Shown in pieces: positions 27,453 to 37,082 of a stretch of DNA of 64,000 nucleotides. The position numbers were made by a program, and so were the translations under genes. The notes beneath the pieces are model-generated. The model was not told the origin of the DNA. It did not search any database and saw nothing but the letters and a program-made list of their open reading frames with translations. This stretch comes from Candidatus Eiseniibacteriota bacterium (GTDB lineage Bacteria > Eisenbacteria > RBG-16-71-46): NCBI GenBank assembly GCA_038231135.1, contig JBBRLX010000008.1, forward strand, positions 1 to 64,000. Reading direction: 5' to 3'. Positions within the stretch are counted from its first letter, which is position 1. Each line of letters starts with the position of its first letter.

Positions 27453-28937
27453 ATGACGCGAACCAGTCCGGTCGCACGGAACACCGTCTGGAATCTGCTC
27501 GGGCTCGGCGCTCCGCTCATCGCGGCGTTCTTCGCGATCCCGGTGCTCGTTCACGGGCTCGGTGTCCACCGGTTCGGCGTCCTCACGCTGGCGTGGACGC
27601 TGCTCGGCTACCTGAGCCTGTTCGATCTCGGCATCGGCCGCGCGCTGACGCGGCTGATCGCGAGCGGCCGCGGCGCCGGGCGCCACGAGCAACTGGGCCA
27701 GGCCGCGGCCACCGCGGTGCTCGCCACGATCGTGCTGGGCATCGTGGTGGCGGTGGTCGGAATCGCGGGCTCGCGGTGGGTCGCGGACTCGCTGCTGCGC
27801 TCACCCCCGGAACTCCGCGACGAGACCCGCGCCTCGCTGGTGTGGCTCGCACTGTCGATGCCGTTCGTGCTCAGCACGGCCGCGCTGCGCGGCATCCTCG
27901 AGGCGCACGACCGATTCGGCATGGCGAACGCGATCCGGCTCGCGCTCGGCACGTTCCACTACCTGGCGCCGGTCGTGGTGCTGCGCTTCACGCACGCGCT
28001 GCCGGCGGTGGTGATGACGCTCGCGCTCGGCCGGGTGGCGGCGTGGATCGCGCACGTGGCGTGCGCGGGGTTCGTGATGCCCGAACTGCGCGGGCTGCGC
28101 CATGCGGCGCCGGGCACGCTGCCCGCGCTGATTCGCGACGGCGGCTGGATGACGGTGTCGAACATCGTGGGGCCCGTGATCGTCTACGTCGACCGGTTCA
28201 TGCTGGGAGCGCTGGCGTCGACCAGCGCGGTGACGTACTACGCCACGCCGTCCGAACTGGTGTCGCGGCTGCTGGTGATCCCGACGGCGCTGGCGGGTGC
28301 GCTGTTCCCGACGTTCGCGTCGGAGCACGCCGCCGGCGGCGCCCGGGTGGCGTCCCTCTACCGCCGCGGCCTGTCAGGCACGCTGCTGCTGCTGTTTCCG
28401 CCGGCGCTGCTGATCTCGGCGTTCGCTCCCGAGCTGCTGCGGCTCTGGGTGGGACCCGACTTCGCTGCGCGGAGCGCCACCGCGCTGCGCTGGCTCTCGC
28501 TGGGCGTGCTGCTCAACAGCCTGGCGTACGTGCCGTTCACATTCCTGCAGGCCGCGGGCCGCTCGATCCGCACCGCCCAGCTCCACCTCGCTGAGTTGCC
28601 GGTGTACGTGCTCGTGGTGTGGTGGGCGATCCGCGGCGCCGGCATCGACGGCGCGGCGATCGCGTGGACGGGCCGCGTCGTGGTCGACACGACCGCGCTG
28701 TTCGTGCTCGCCGGCCGCCGCGTGGTGTTCGAGGACGGCATGGCCGCGTGGTTCGCGCTGCTGGCGCTGGCGTGCGTGGCACTGCTGGCGGTCGATCTCA
28801 CGGGCTCGTGGGTCACGCGCGCCGTCATCGCGGCGGGCGCGCTCGTGGTGTTCGGGGCCGCGGGCTGGCACGGGCTCCTCGACCGCACCGAGCGCGAGTG
28901 GATCCACTCGCGCGTGGCGGCGTTCGGCGGCCGGTGA
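27453..28937 (+). CDS. wzx: Wzx polysaccharide flippase
   Basis: VARNTVWNLLG, LFDLGIGRALT and YVDRFMLG...VTYYA motifs. Numerous TM helices. Confidence 0.92.
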   Translation: MTRTSPVARNTVWNLLGLGAPLIAAFFAIPVLVHGLGVHRFGVLTLAWTLLGYLSLFDLGIGRALTRLIASGRGAGRHEQLGQAAATAVLATIVLGIVVAVVGIAGSRWVADSLLRSPPELRDETRASLVWLALSMPFVLSTAALRGILEAHDRFGMANAIRLALGTFHYLAPVVVLRFTHALPAVVMTLALGRVAAWIAHVACAGFVMPELRGLRHAAPGTLPALIRDGGWMTVSNIVGPVIVYVDRFMLGALASTSAVTYYATPSELVSRLLVIPTALAGALFPTFASEHAAGGARVASLYRRGLSGTLLLLFPPALLISAFAPELLRLWVGPDFAARSATALRWLSLGVLLNSLAYVPFTFLQAAGRSIRTAQLHLAELPVYVLVVWWAIRGAGIDGAAIAWTGRVVVDTTALFVLAGRRVVFEDGMAAWFALLALACVALLAVDLTGSWVTRAVIAAGALVVFGAAGWHGLLDRTEREWIHSRVAAFGGR

Positions 28938-28947
28938 CCGGCGCCCC

Positions 28948-30030
28948 ATGAGTGGCGCACCCATGGGCGGAGGTCCGGCGAGCGCCCCCCCGGCGGGCGG
29001 CGCGCCGCGAAACCCTCGAGCGTGTCCGGCGTGCGGCGCGACGGGTGCGGTGTTGTATCCCGACCTCGTGGATTCGGTGTGGGGCTCACCCGGCCACTGG
29101 ATCATGCTGCGCTGCGTGGACCGGACGTGTGGAACGCTGTGGCTCGATCCCGCGCCCACCGAAGCCGAGCTGGCGCGCGCCTACCTGCGCTACCAGACGC
29201 ACGAGGACCCGCCAGTGACGCACGCGGGCGCGGTCGAGCGCGCCAAGCGGCTCCGCCTCACCCGCGTGTGGGGCTATAAGGCCATGGCCTCGGGCCCCGC
29301 CGCCCGGATCGGCGAGTTCCTGCTCCGGCTGTCTCCCCAGCATCGCGCGCGCCTCGACGCGAGCGTCGCATTCCTGCCCGCCCGTGCGGGCGGCCGGCTG
29401 CTCGACGTCGGCTGTGGCGCGGGCATGCTGCTGCGGCGGATGCGGGAGCTGGGCTGGAACGTGGAGGGTGTCGACCCGGACCCGGTGGCGGTCGGCAGGG
29501 CCTGCGCACTCGGGTTCGAGGCGCGCCTGGGCACGCTCGAATCGCAGGACTACCCGGCCGCAGGCTTCGACGCGGTCGTGCTGAGTCACGTGGTCGAGCA
29601 TCTGCGGGACCCGCGCGGCACGCTCGCCGAGTGCGCCCGCGTGCTCGCCCCCGGCGGCCGGCTCGCGCTGTTCACGCCGAACGCCGGCGCATGGCTGCAC
29701 GGCCGGCTGCGGCGCGACTGGCGCGGGCTCGAGCCGCCGCGCCACCTGCAGGTCTTCACCCCGGCGGCGCTCGCCCGCGTGCTGCGCGAGCTGCCGTTCG
29801 ACATCGAGCGGCTCGAGACCAGCTCCAAGGCCGCGGCGTTCTTCCTCGCCGCCTCGCGCGCATCGGCACGTGCGCGCCGGCGCGGCTCGTGGTCGGGCGA
29901 TCGATCCGGCCGCGCCGACCGATTCGCCGGCGGCGTCGCCGCCGCGGTGGAGCTCGCACTCGGCGCCTGGAACAGGAGCCTCGGCGAGGAGATCGTGCTC
30001 GTCGCGATCCGGCGGAGGGACACGCCATGA
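28948..30030 (+). CDS. Class I SAM-dependent methyltransferase with N-terminal Cys motif
   Basis: CPACG...C...CG, LLDVGCGAG, FDAVVLSHVVEH and PPRHL motifs. Confidence 0.92.
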   Translation: MSGAPMGGGPASAPPAGGAPRNPRACPACGATGAVLYPDLVDSVWGSPGHWIMLRCVDRTCGTLWLDPAPTEAELARAYLRYQTHEDPPVTHAGAVERAKRLRLTRVWGYKAMASGPAARIGEFLLRLSPQHRARLDASVAFLPARAGGRLLDVGCGAGMLLRRMRELGWNVEGVDPDPVAVGRACALGFEARLGTLESQDYPAAGFDAVVLSHVVEHLRDPRGTLAECARVLAPGGRLALFTPNAGAWLHGRLRRDWRGLEPPRHLQVFTPAALARVLRELPFDIERLETSSKAAAFFLAASRASARARRRGSWSGDRSGRADRFAGGVAAAVELALGAWNRSLGEEIVLVAIRRRDTP

Positions 30031-31118
30031 TCGCGGCCGGGCACGGCTCGCGCGGTGGGCCGGGCGCAGCGGGCGCCGCCATCGGAGTCACGAATGCCGG
30101 GATCGCCGCGACGCTCGTGACGATCGCCATTCCAACGCACGATCAGCGCGAGGTCGTGGCCGAGGCGATCGCGAGCGCGCTGGCCCAGAGCTGGCCGCAT
30201 CTCGAGGTGCTGGTCATGGACGACGCGTCGACCGACGGCACCGCCGCGGTGGTCGACGCGTTCGTCGCGCGCGATCCACGCGTACGATCGATCCGCCACC
30301 CCGTCAATATCGGCCGCGTCGCCAATTACCGCGCCGGCCTGGCGGCGGCACGCGGCGCATGGCTGCTGACACTCGACGGCGACGATCGCCTCGTCGACGA
30401 GCGCTTCGTCGAGGACTCCCTGCGCCACGCAGCACCCGGCACCGGAGTCGTGCTCGCGCTGGGCGGCATGCGGATGCTCGAGAGCGACGGGCGGCATCGC
30501 GACCTGCGCCCCACCCCGCGGGAGGCCGAATCACTGGACGGCTGGATATTCTTTCTGCGCTGGCGGTCGCCGGACCAGGTGGCGCCCCACTTCGGTGCGC
30601 TGATTCGCACCGACGTCGCGCGCGCGATCGGGTTCTACACCGAGAACATCCTGAGCGCGGACTGGGAATCGCTGCGCCGGCTGTGCCTGCAGGGCCGGGT
30701 CGTGCTGCTGCCGCGGATCGCCGGCGAATGGCGCGGCCACGCCGGCAACGCATCCCGCAGCCTCGACCCCACCGCCCACGTGGCGAACCTGGCCGCGATC
30801 CTCGAGCCCTGGCAGGCCGCCGTGCGCGCCGGCCACGACGGCCCGGCGCTGCGGGCGTGGAAGCGCGACGCCCTGCGCAACTACGCCGCCGCCTACCTCG
30901 AGGCGGCGCTGACGCTCGGCGATCTCGCCGCCGCACGGTCGTTCTCGGACGCCGTTGAATCCAGCCTCGGCCGCGACGCACGCGGCCTGATCGCGTCGTG
31001 CTGGCGAGCGCGTCCGTCGCTGTGGCTCAAGCTGGCGCTGCTCCGCACCGGCGGCCGATCCCTGCTGGCACGCGCACAAAGGCTCTGGCACCGGGCAACC
31101 TGGCGGCGAGGCCGATGA
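30027..31118 (+). CDS. Glycosyltransferase family 2
   Basis: VTIAIPTH, MDDASTDGT and LDGDD motifs. ATGA overlap. Confidence 0.9.
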   Translation: MIAAGHGSRGGPGAAGAAIGVTNAGIAATLVTIAIPTHDQREVVAEAIASALAQSWPHLEVLVMDDASTDGTAAVVDAFVARDPRVRSIRHPVNIGRVANYRAGLAAARGAWLLTLDGDDRLVDERFVEDSLRHAAPGTGVVLALGGMRMLESDGRHRDLRPTPREAESLDGWIFFLRWRSPDQVAPHFGALIRTDVARAIGFYTENILSADWESLRRLCLQGRVVLLPRIAGEWRGHAGNASRSLDPTAHVANLAAILEPWQAAVRAGHDGPALRAWKRDALRNYAAAYLEAALTLGDLAAARSFSDAVESSLGRDARGLIASCWRARPSLWLKLALLRTGGRSLLARAQRLWHRATWRRGR

Positions 31119-31152
31119 AAAGGCGCCTTGAGGTTTTGAAGTTCCCCGGCGC

Positions 31153-31276
31153 GCAGGCTGCTGAAAATCGTCGAGTGCAAGGCGGCAAGGAGCGAAGAGC
31201 GGAGATGTATCGTCAGATACATCGGAGCGATGAGCGACGCAGCCAACGCAGCAATCGGTGATTTGCAGCAGCCTGC
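31153..31276. repeat. 124-bp intergenic hairpin element (MITE/REP-like), copy 2
   Basis: gcaggctgctgaaaatc...gatttgcagcagcctgc. Six substitutions relative to copy 1. Confidence 0.9.
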
Positions 31277-32677
31277 CTAATGAGCGCTGGCGTCGCGGAA
31301 CACGCGTAGCACGGTCAACATCAAAATCTTCACATCGAACGCCAGCGACCAGTGGCGGATGTAGTAGAGATCGTATTCGATCCGGCGGTCGAGCGGCGTG
31401 TCGCCCCGCAGGCCGTGGACCTGTGCCCAGCCGGTGATGCCGGCCTTCATGTGATGGCGCAGCATGTAGCGCGGCACCGAGGTGCGGAACCGGTCGACGT
31501 AGAACGGCTGCTCGGGACGCGGCCCCACGAGGCTCATCTGGCCGCGCAGCACGTTCCATAGCTGCGGCAGCTCGTCGAGCGACAGCGGCCGCAGCACGGC
31601 GCCCACGCGCGTGCGGCGCGCGTCACCGGGCGTGGTCCACGCCGGCCCGCCGGCGTCGGCGTCGGCGCGCATCGTGCGGAACTTGAGCATGCGGAACCGG
31701 CGGCCGCTGAGCCCCACGCGCTCCTGCGCGTACAGCATGGGCCCGCGTGAATCGAGCTTCACCCAGATCGCAATCGCCAGCATCACCGGCGCCAGCACCA
31801 CGAGTCCGATCGCCGACAGCGCCAGATCGAACAGCCGCTTCACCAGCGCGTTCCAGCCCTGACCCGGGCTCTCGGTGACGCTCACCACGGGGATGCCGTC
31901 GAAGTCCTCGACGCTGGCGTTGAGCGTGAACGCGCGCGCCAGGTCGGGCACCAGCCGGACCGCGGCGGTGGAATCGGCAAGCCGCTCGAGCGCGTCCTCC
32001 TCGGCCTGCCATTCGGAGCGCGGCAGCGCGAGATACACCAGCTCCGCGCCCGCCTGATCGACCACGCCCGGCAGGTCCTGCACCGTGCCGAGCACGCGCA
32101 CGCCCGCCACCCGCTCGCGGCGCGCCTCGATCGGATCCGCGGCCAGCACGCCCCGCACCATGATGCCGAAGTCCGGATGCTCGTGGAACTTGTGGATCAG
32201 CGCCGCGGCCAGGTCGCCGGTGCCGACCACGATTGCATGCCGCAGATTGCGCCCGCTGCGGCGCAGCGCCCGCAGCGCCGAGCGCAGCGCGAACCGGCTC
32301 GCCGCCAGCAGCACCACCGCCGTCACCGCGAACACCGCCAGCAGCGAGCGGGACAGTTCGCCGCGCGCGAAGAACGACGCGATCGCAGCGATCGATGTGA
32401 CGACGCCCACGCCCTGGACGAGCGTGAACAGCTCCTCACCGATCCGGGTGGTGCGGGCCGAGCGGTAGAGCCGCAGGGTGCGCAGCACCAGCAGCGCGAC
32501 CGGCGTGAGCACGGCGCCCATCCACAGATGGAGCGTCCACGGCGGCACGCCGAGCGGCGTCGCGAGGCCGAGGCCGAAAAACCGCAGCCAGTATGCGGCG
32601 AGCCAGGCACCGGCGATGAGCGTGCCGTCGAGCACGAACAACAGGGTGGCGAACAGGTCCTTGTGGCGGGCAAACAC
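31277..32677 (-). CDS. wcaJ: Undecaprenyl-phosphate glucose phosphotransferase (WcaJ-like)
   Basis: KRLFDLALS, KFRTM, SLDELPQLWNVLRGQMSLVGPRPE, GITGWAQVHG and DLYYI motifs. Confidence 0.94.
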   Translation of the reverse strand: MFARHKDLFATLLFVLDGTLIAGAWLAAYWLRFFGLGLATPLGVPPWTLHLWMGAVLTPVALLVLRTLRLYRSARTTRIGEELFTLVQGVGVVTSIAAIASFFARGELSRSLLAVFAVTAVVLLAASRFALRSALRALRRSGRNLRHAIVVGTGDLAAALIHKFHEHPDFGIMVRGVLAADPIEARRERVAGVRVLGTVQDLPGVVDQAGAELVYLALPRSEWQAEEDALERLADSTAAVRLVPDLARAFTLNASVEDFDGIPVVSVTESPGQGWNALVKRLFDLALSAIGLVVLAPVMLAIAIWVKLDSRGPMLYAQERVGLSGRRFRMLKFRTMRADADAGGPAWTTPGDARRTRVGAVLRPLSLDELPQLWNVLRGQMSLVGPRPEQPFYVDRFRTSVPRYMLRHHMKAGITGWAQVHGLRGDTPLDRRIEYDLYYIRHWSLAFDVKILMLTVLRVFRDASAH

Positions 32678-32728
32678 CGGCCAACCGTAGCAGCCTGCGC
32701 CGCGGAGGCGCCAACGGCCCGCGCGGGG

Positions 32729-32818
32729 TCACTCCAGGCACACCACCTTGCGCACGATCATCTGGCTACCGTGCTTCCGTCGAACGAGATACACGCCCGG
32801 CGGTAGCCCGCGCGACAA
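32729..32818 (-). pseudogene. 29-codon remnant resembling the tail of a FlgD-Ig/T9SS-like sorting domain
   Basis: Manual translation LSRGLPPGVYLVRRKHGSQMIVRKVVCLE*, in frame immediately after the GT4 TGA. Confidence 0.5.
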
Positions 32819-33949
32819 TCAGCGGTCCCGGCGGCCCGCGAGCACTGATTCGTACACGTCCATGATTCCGCGCATCATCGCGTCGGTGGTGAACAGGCGG
32901 TGCGCGCGGGCGCGGGCGCCCTCCCCCAGCCGCTGCCGCAGCGCATCGTCATCGAGCAGCCGACGCATCGCGCCGGCCAGCGCTTCGGGGTCGTTGTTCG
33001 GCACCACGAGGCCCGATTCGCCATCCTGGTTCACGAACGACGTGCCGGTGCCGACCTCGGTGCACACCATTGGCAGGCCGTAGGCCATCATCTCGGCCAT
33101 CGCCAGCCCGAAGGTCTCCTGTTGTGTGATCGACGGGAGAACGCCGATGTCCGCGGCCGCGATGTAATGCACCACACGCGAAGGTTCGATGCGCCCGGCG
33201 AACGTCACGCGATCGGACAACCCGAGCGCCGCGGTCCTTGCCGTCAGCCGTTCGAGCTCGGGTCCGCCGCCCACGACCACGAGACGCGCGTCCAAGTTTC
33301 GCATCGCCTCGATCAGCACGTGTACACCTTTGTAGGCCACCAGTCGTCCGACGAACAGAACGAGCGGCGTGCCGCAGCGGCCGCGCAACTCGGCGCCGAA
33401 CGCTTCGAGTTCGGGCCGGCGCTCGAACGCGTCGATCTCGATGCCGAGCGGCACCACGTGGCACTTGTGCTCGAACGCCTTCAGGTAAGGCGACCTGCGC
33501 GCCTGGCGCTCGTACGTCGGCATCACGGCATCGGCGTTGCGGACGATCGAACGCACGAAGTGTCCATAGATCGGCATCGCCAGCTTCTGGCGCGTGATGT
33601 CGATGTGCCACGTCACGACCATCGCGCCGCGCGGCCGCACCGTGAGCCAGCTCACCTCGCCCGGCGGGCTCGGATAGTGGAGGTGGCAGATGTCGGCGTC
33701 GAGCTTCGCGAGCTGGCCGGGCATGTCGGGGCAGAACGGCGCGGACAGCGCCCGGCCCCACTCCGCGCAGCGGATCACGCGCACGCCGGCGATCGTCTCA
33801 TCGATGGTGCGCCGCACACCGGGATGCGAGGTCAGCACGGTGACCTCGGCGCCGTGCTTCACCATCTGCACGGCGATGCGTTCCACGGTCTGCTCGATGC
33901 CGCCGACGGTGGGCGGGAAATAGTCCTTGTAGAGCTGAACCAATTTCAC
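32819..33949 (-). CDS. Glycosyltransferase family 4
   Basis: KDYFPPTVGGIE, FVGRLVAYKG and ETFGLAMAEMMAYGLP motifs. Confidence 0.94.
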   Translation of the reverse strand: MKLVQLYKDYFPPTVGGIEQTVERIAVQMVKHGAEVTVLTSHPGVRRTIDETIAGVRVIRCAEWGRALSAPFCPDMPGQLAKLDADICHLHYPSPPGEVSWLTVRPRGAMVVTWHIDITRQKLAMPIYGHFVRSIVRNADAVMPTYERQARRSPYLKAFEHKCHVVPLGIEIDAFERRPELEAFGAELRGRCGTPLVLFVGRLVAYKGVHVLIEAMRNLDARLVVVGGGPELERLTARTAALGLSDRVTFAGRIEPSRVVHYIAAADIGVLPSITQQETFGLAMAEMMAYGLPMVCTEVGTGTSFVNQDGESGLVVPNNDPEALAGAMRRLLDDDALRQRLGEGARARAHRLFTTDAMMRGIMDVYESVLAGRRDR

Positions 33950-34501
33950 GCGCGGGACCCTGCTTCGCGGAATCGACGGGATGCGAGTGCCATGGGCCTC
34001 TATTCGTCCAAAGTGATCGAGTTGTGTAGCGCCGGTATGCGGGTCCCGCCCACGCGTGCAAAATGCACGACCGGGTCAAGCCGGGTCCCCTAACTGCCGA
34101 TCATCCACTGGATTCGAGGTGATTCCGACCCGGTGCACTCTGCCCCGGTAGCGCCTCTCGTCCTAAACGGAGTACGATCGCAGACTACCCCTCAGATTCC
34201 CCAGGTCATTGCGCCGCGAGGGGTTCGACGCGGGCGCCAACGCCCATGACGGGCCGGCGCGATCGAGTCGAACATTTCGGGCAGCATAATGGAATTGTTC
34301 CGCGACCGTCGAACTCCCGGCCTGTTGGATCGTGTGACGGCCCGGACCAGGGCAGCGGATTGGGGCCGCTCGAAGCACGCCACGATCGGGTCGCCGCGAG
34401 TTCATTCGCCAGGGAGCATGCGGATTCATGCGCGTCATCGTTACCAGCAGGAACCACCGAGGCATGACCCGGGACGACCGGTGCGAGCGGACGTGGGCGC
34501 C

Positions 34502-35569
34502 ATGACCGCGGCGCAGACGCCGGACATGCTGCCCGAGCCGGCGATCACGATCGGTATTCCGGTGTGGAACCGCGAGACGCTGGTCCGCAAGTCCGTGGAA
34601 TCCGCGCTGCGCCAGCCCGGCGACGATATCGAGATCCTGGTCGTCGACAACGCCTCCACCGACCGCACGTGGGACGTGCTGTGTTCCTACCACGATCCGC
34701 GGCTGCGACTCGTGCGCAACGATCGCAACGTCGGCCTGTTCGGGAACTTCAATCGCTGCATCCGGCTGGCGCGCGGCCGCTACGTGGTGACGTTGTGCTC
34801 GGACGACGTGCTGCGCGACGGCTTTCTCGAGCCCGCGCGCCGGCTGCTCGACGCCGATCCCCAACTCACCGTGGTGTCGCCGCGCGGCCTGGCGATCGAC
34901 GAGAAGCGCGGCGGCACGTTCGTGCTCGGCGGCACGCTCCCCGCCGGCCGCTACGCCCCCGGGGACGCCATCGCCGCGATCCTGTGGGCGCACGCGCTCT
35001 ACTACAAGAATCCGCTCAACTATCCGTCCGGCATCCTGCTGCGACGCGACGCGGCACTCGAGCAGGGCGTAATGGACGAGTCGATGCGTTACGGCGCCGA
35101 CATGAAACTCTACCTGGGGATGCTCGATCGCGGCGCGCTCGCGATTCTGGATCGGACGAGCTGCGAGGTGCTGATCCACACCGGGCAGGAGAACGAGGCG
35201 ATCTTCCAGGACCTGCGGCACGTGCGCGAGTACGCGGATCACTACGTGCGCTACGCGTCCGTGATCGAGCAGCACGGGCTGGCGGGCCACGTGCGATCGC
35301 ATCTGGGCGGCTACCTGCTCGGCACGTACGCCCGGCTGCGCCGCATGGGCCGCTCCGAGGTCGCAGCGGAGTGCATGCAGCTGTTCCGCGACCGTGGTCA
35401 CACGCTGGCGCCGTCGGTGAACGGGCTGATGGACAGCCTGCGCCGCCGCGGACGGCTCAAGCGGGATGGACGCCTCACGAGCCCGGTGCCGGTGACCCCG
35501 TTGACCGATACCTCCGCCAGCTCCCCGCCCGCAGTCACGGCGGCGCCCGCGACACCGGTGCCGGCATGA
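34502..35569 (+). CDS. Glycosyltransferase family 2
   Basis: ITIGIPVWN, VDNASTD, NVGLFGNFNRC and LCSDD motifs. Start 34502 or the next Met. Confidence 0.92.
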   Translation: MTAAQTPDMLPEPAITIGIPVWNRETLVRKSVESALRQPGDDIEILVVDNASTDRTWDVLCSYHDPRLRLVRNDRNVGLFGNFNRCIRLARGRYVVTLCSDDVLRDGFLEPARRLLDADPQLTVVSPRGLAIDEKRGGTFVLGGTLPAGRYAPGDAIAAILWAHALYYKNPLNYPSGILLRRDAALEQGVMDESMRYGADMKLYLGMLDRGALAILDRTSCEVLIHTGQENEAIFQDLRHVREYADHYVRYASVIEQHGLAGHVRSHLGGYLLGTYARLRRMGRSEVAAECMQLFRDRGHTLAPSVNGLMDSLRRRGRLKRDGRLTSPVPVTPLTDTSASSPPAVTAAPATPVPA

Positions 35570-36999
35570 CGATGGGTCTGCGGCTGAGCCGGGCGCCTCG
35601 CTACGCGGACGTCACGCTGTTTGGGCTCGGACTCGTGGCCCTGATCGCCACGATCTGGGGTGTGCTGGTGTTCGGCTCTGCAGGTCTGCCGCGGACGCTC
35701 GCGCTCGGCGCCGCGCTGCTGGCCCTGGTGCTCACGATCCTGTGGCGCCGGCCGTTCGAAACGCTGGCTTGGCTCCCAATCCTCATGGTGTCGCCCGAGT
35801 TCCTGGAAGTGTTCGCCTACGAACTGGTGGTGATTCCCCTGATGGCGTTCATGCTGTTCTACGCCCACCGTAAGCGGCTGCGCTGGGCGTTCCAGCTCGA
35901 CCCGATCGAGGTCGTGCTGTTGATGTTCCTGGGCTGGTGCACGTTCTCGGTGTTCTGGGTGCGGGATTCGTGGTGGTGGGTGTTCGGTATCCGCAAGCTG
36001 GTGGTCGGCTTTATCGCGCTGTGGGTGGCGTGGCGCTGGAGCCGGTTCGTGCGTCCGGACATCATGCTCAACAGCATCGTCGCCACGTCGATACTCCTGT
36101 CGCTCGCGACGGTGCGTCAGGCCGGCAGCCAGGGCTGGTTCACCGGAGTGCAGCACGAACACATGCGCGTCCAGGCCTCGGACCTGGGCTGGGGCGCCGG
36201 GAACTACATCGCCGCGCTGCTCTCGATGTTGCTGCCCACCGTGATCAACCAGGCGATGATAGCGAGGAATCAAGGGGCCCGTATGCTCGGCATCCTCGGA
36301 ATCCCGCTGTCGGCCATGGTCGTGACGATTGCATCGTCCCGCGGCGGATTTCTGCTCACCCTGGGCATCGCGCTATTCATGGTGTTTCGCTCGCGCATCA
36401 AGTCGTGGGTGCTGTGGGTCACCACCCCGCTGGCGCTGTCCCTGCTGATATTCGGCCCTGGCGCCAAGCTGCTGCTGTCGCGGTTCCAGAACGTGGAGGG
36501 TGTGTATAGCGCCGTCGTCCGGCTCATGTTTTTCCGGGAGGCGTGGCGACGCGTGGTCGCGTTCTGGCCGCTCGGCATGGGCTGGAACCAGGGCTTCGGC
36601 GCTCCCGACCGCCTGTACAAATCGGATCCGCACAACGCCCTGCTCGTGATCGCGAGCGAGCTCGGACTGCTCGGCCTCGTGTTGTGGTTCACGTACCTCG
36701 TCTTGATCTACCGGCGCATCCTCAAGATCGCCCGGCACCCCGCCACCCGGGTCGAGGGTCAGGCGATTCAAATCACATTCTGGATCATCCAGGTGAATTC
36801 GATGTTCGAGCCCACGATCTTCGCGGCGCAGTATTTCTTCCTGATGAACTGGATCTTCGGGAGCTACATCGGGTGGGCCGAGCGCGTTTGGGCCGGGGTG
36901 GATCCCGCGACCGAGGCGATGCCGACGATGGCAGCGGCGAAGCCGGCGCCACGCATCGTGGCGCTGCCGCACGCCGGAGTCGAATCCGCGGGATCCTGA
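35566..36999 (+). CDS. Wzy polymerase / O-antigen ligase family membrane protein
   Basis: N.IAALL, ASSRGG, PLGMG and PHNALLVIASELGLLG motifs. Many TM segments. ATGA overlap. Confidence 0.87.
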   Translation: MTMGLRLSRAPRYADVTLFGLGLVALIATIWGVLVFGSAGLPRTLALGAALLALVLTILWRRPFETLAWLPILMVSPEFLEVFAYELVVIPLMAFMLFYAHRKRLRWAFQLDPIEVVLLMFLGWCTFSVFWVRDSWWWVFGIRKLVVGFIALWVAWRWSRFVRPDIMLNSIVATSILLSLATVRQAGSQGWFTGVQHEHMRVQASDLGWGAGNYIAALLSMLLPTVINQAMIARNQGARMLGILGIPLSAMVVTIASSRGGFLLTLGIALFMVFRSRIKSWVLWVTTPLALSLLIFGPGAKLLLSRFQNVEGVYSAVVRLMFFREAWRRVVAFWPLGMGWNQGFGAPDRLYKSDPHNALLVIASELGLLGLVLWFTYLVLIYRRILKIARHPATRVEGQAIQITFWIIQVNSMFEPTIFAAQYFFLMNWIFGSYIGWAERVWAGVDPATEAMPTMAAAKPAPRIVALPHAGVESAGS

Positions 37000-37082
37000 C
37001 GGGGCGCTGCCGCCGCCGCGACTCCGACTACCGGGGTGCCGCAGTGCCCGCGGGTGCCGTCATTGGGCGCGAACGGCGACGA

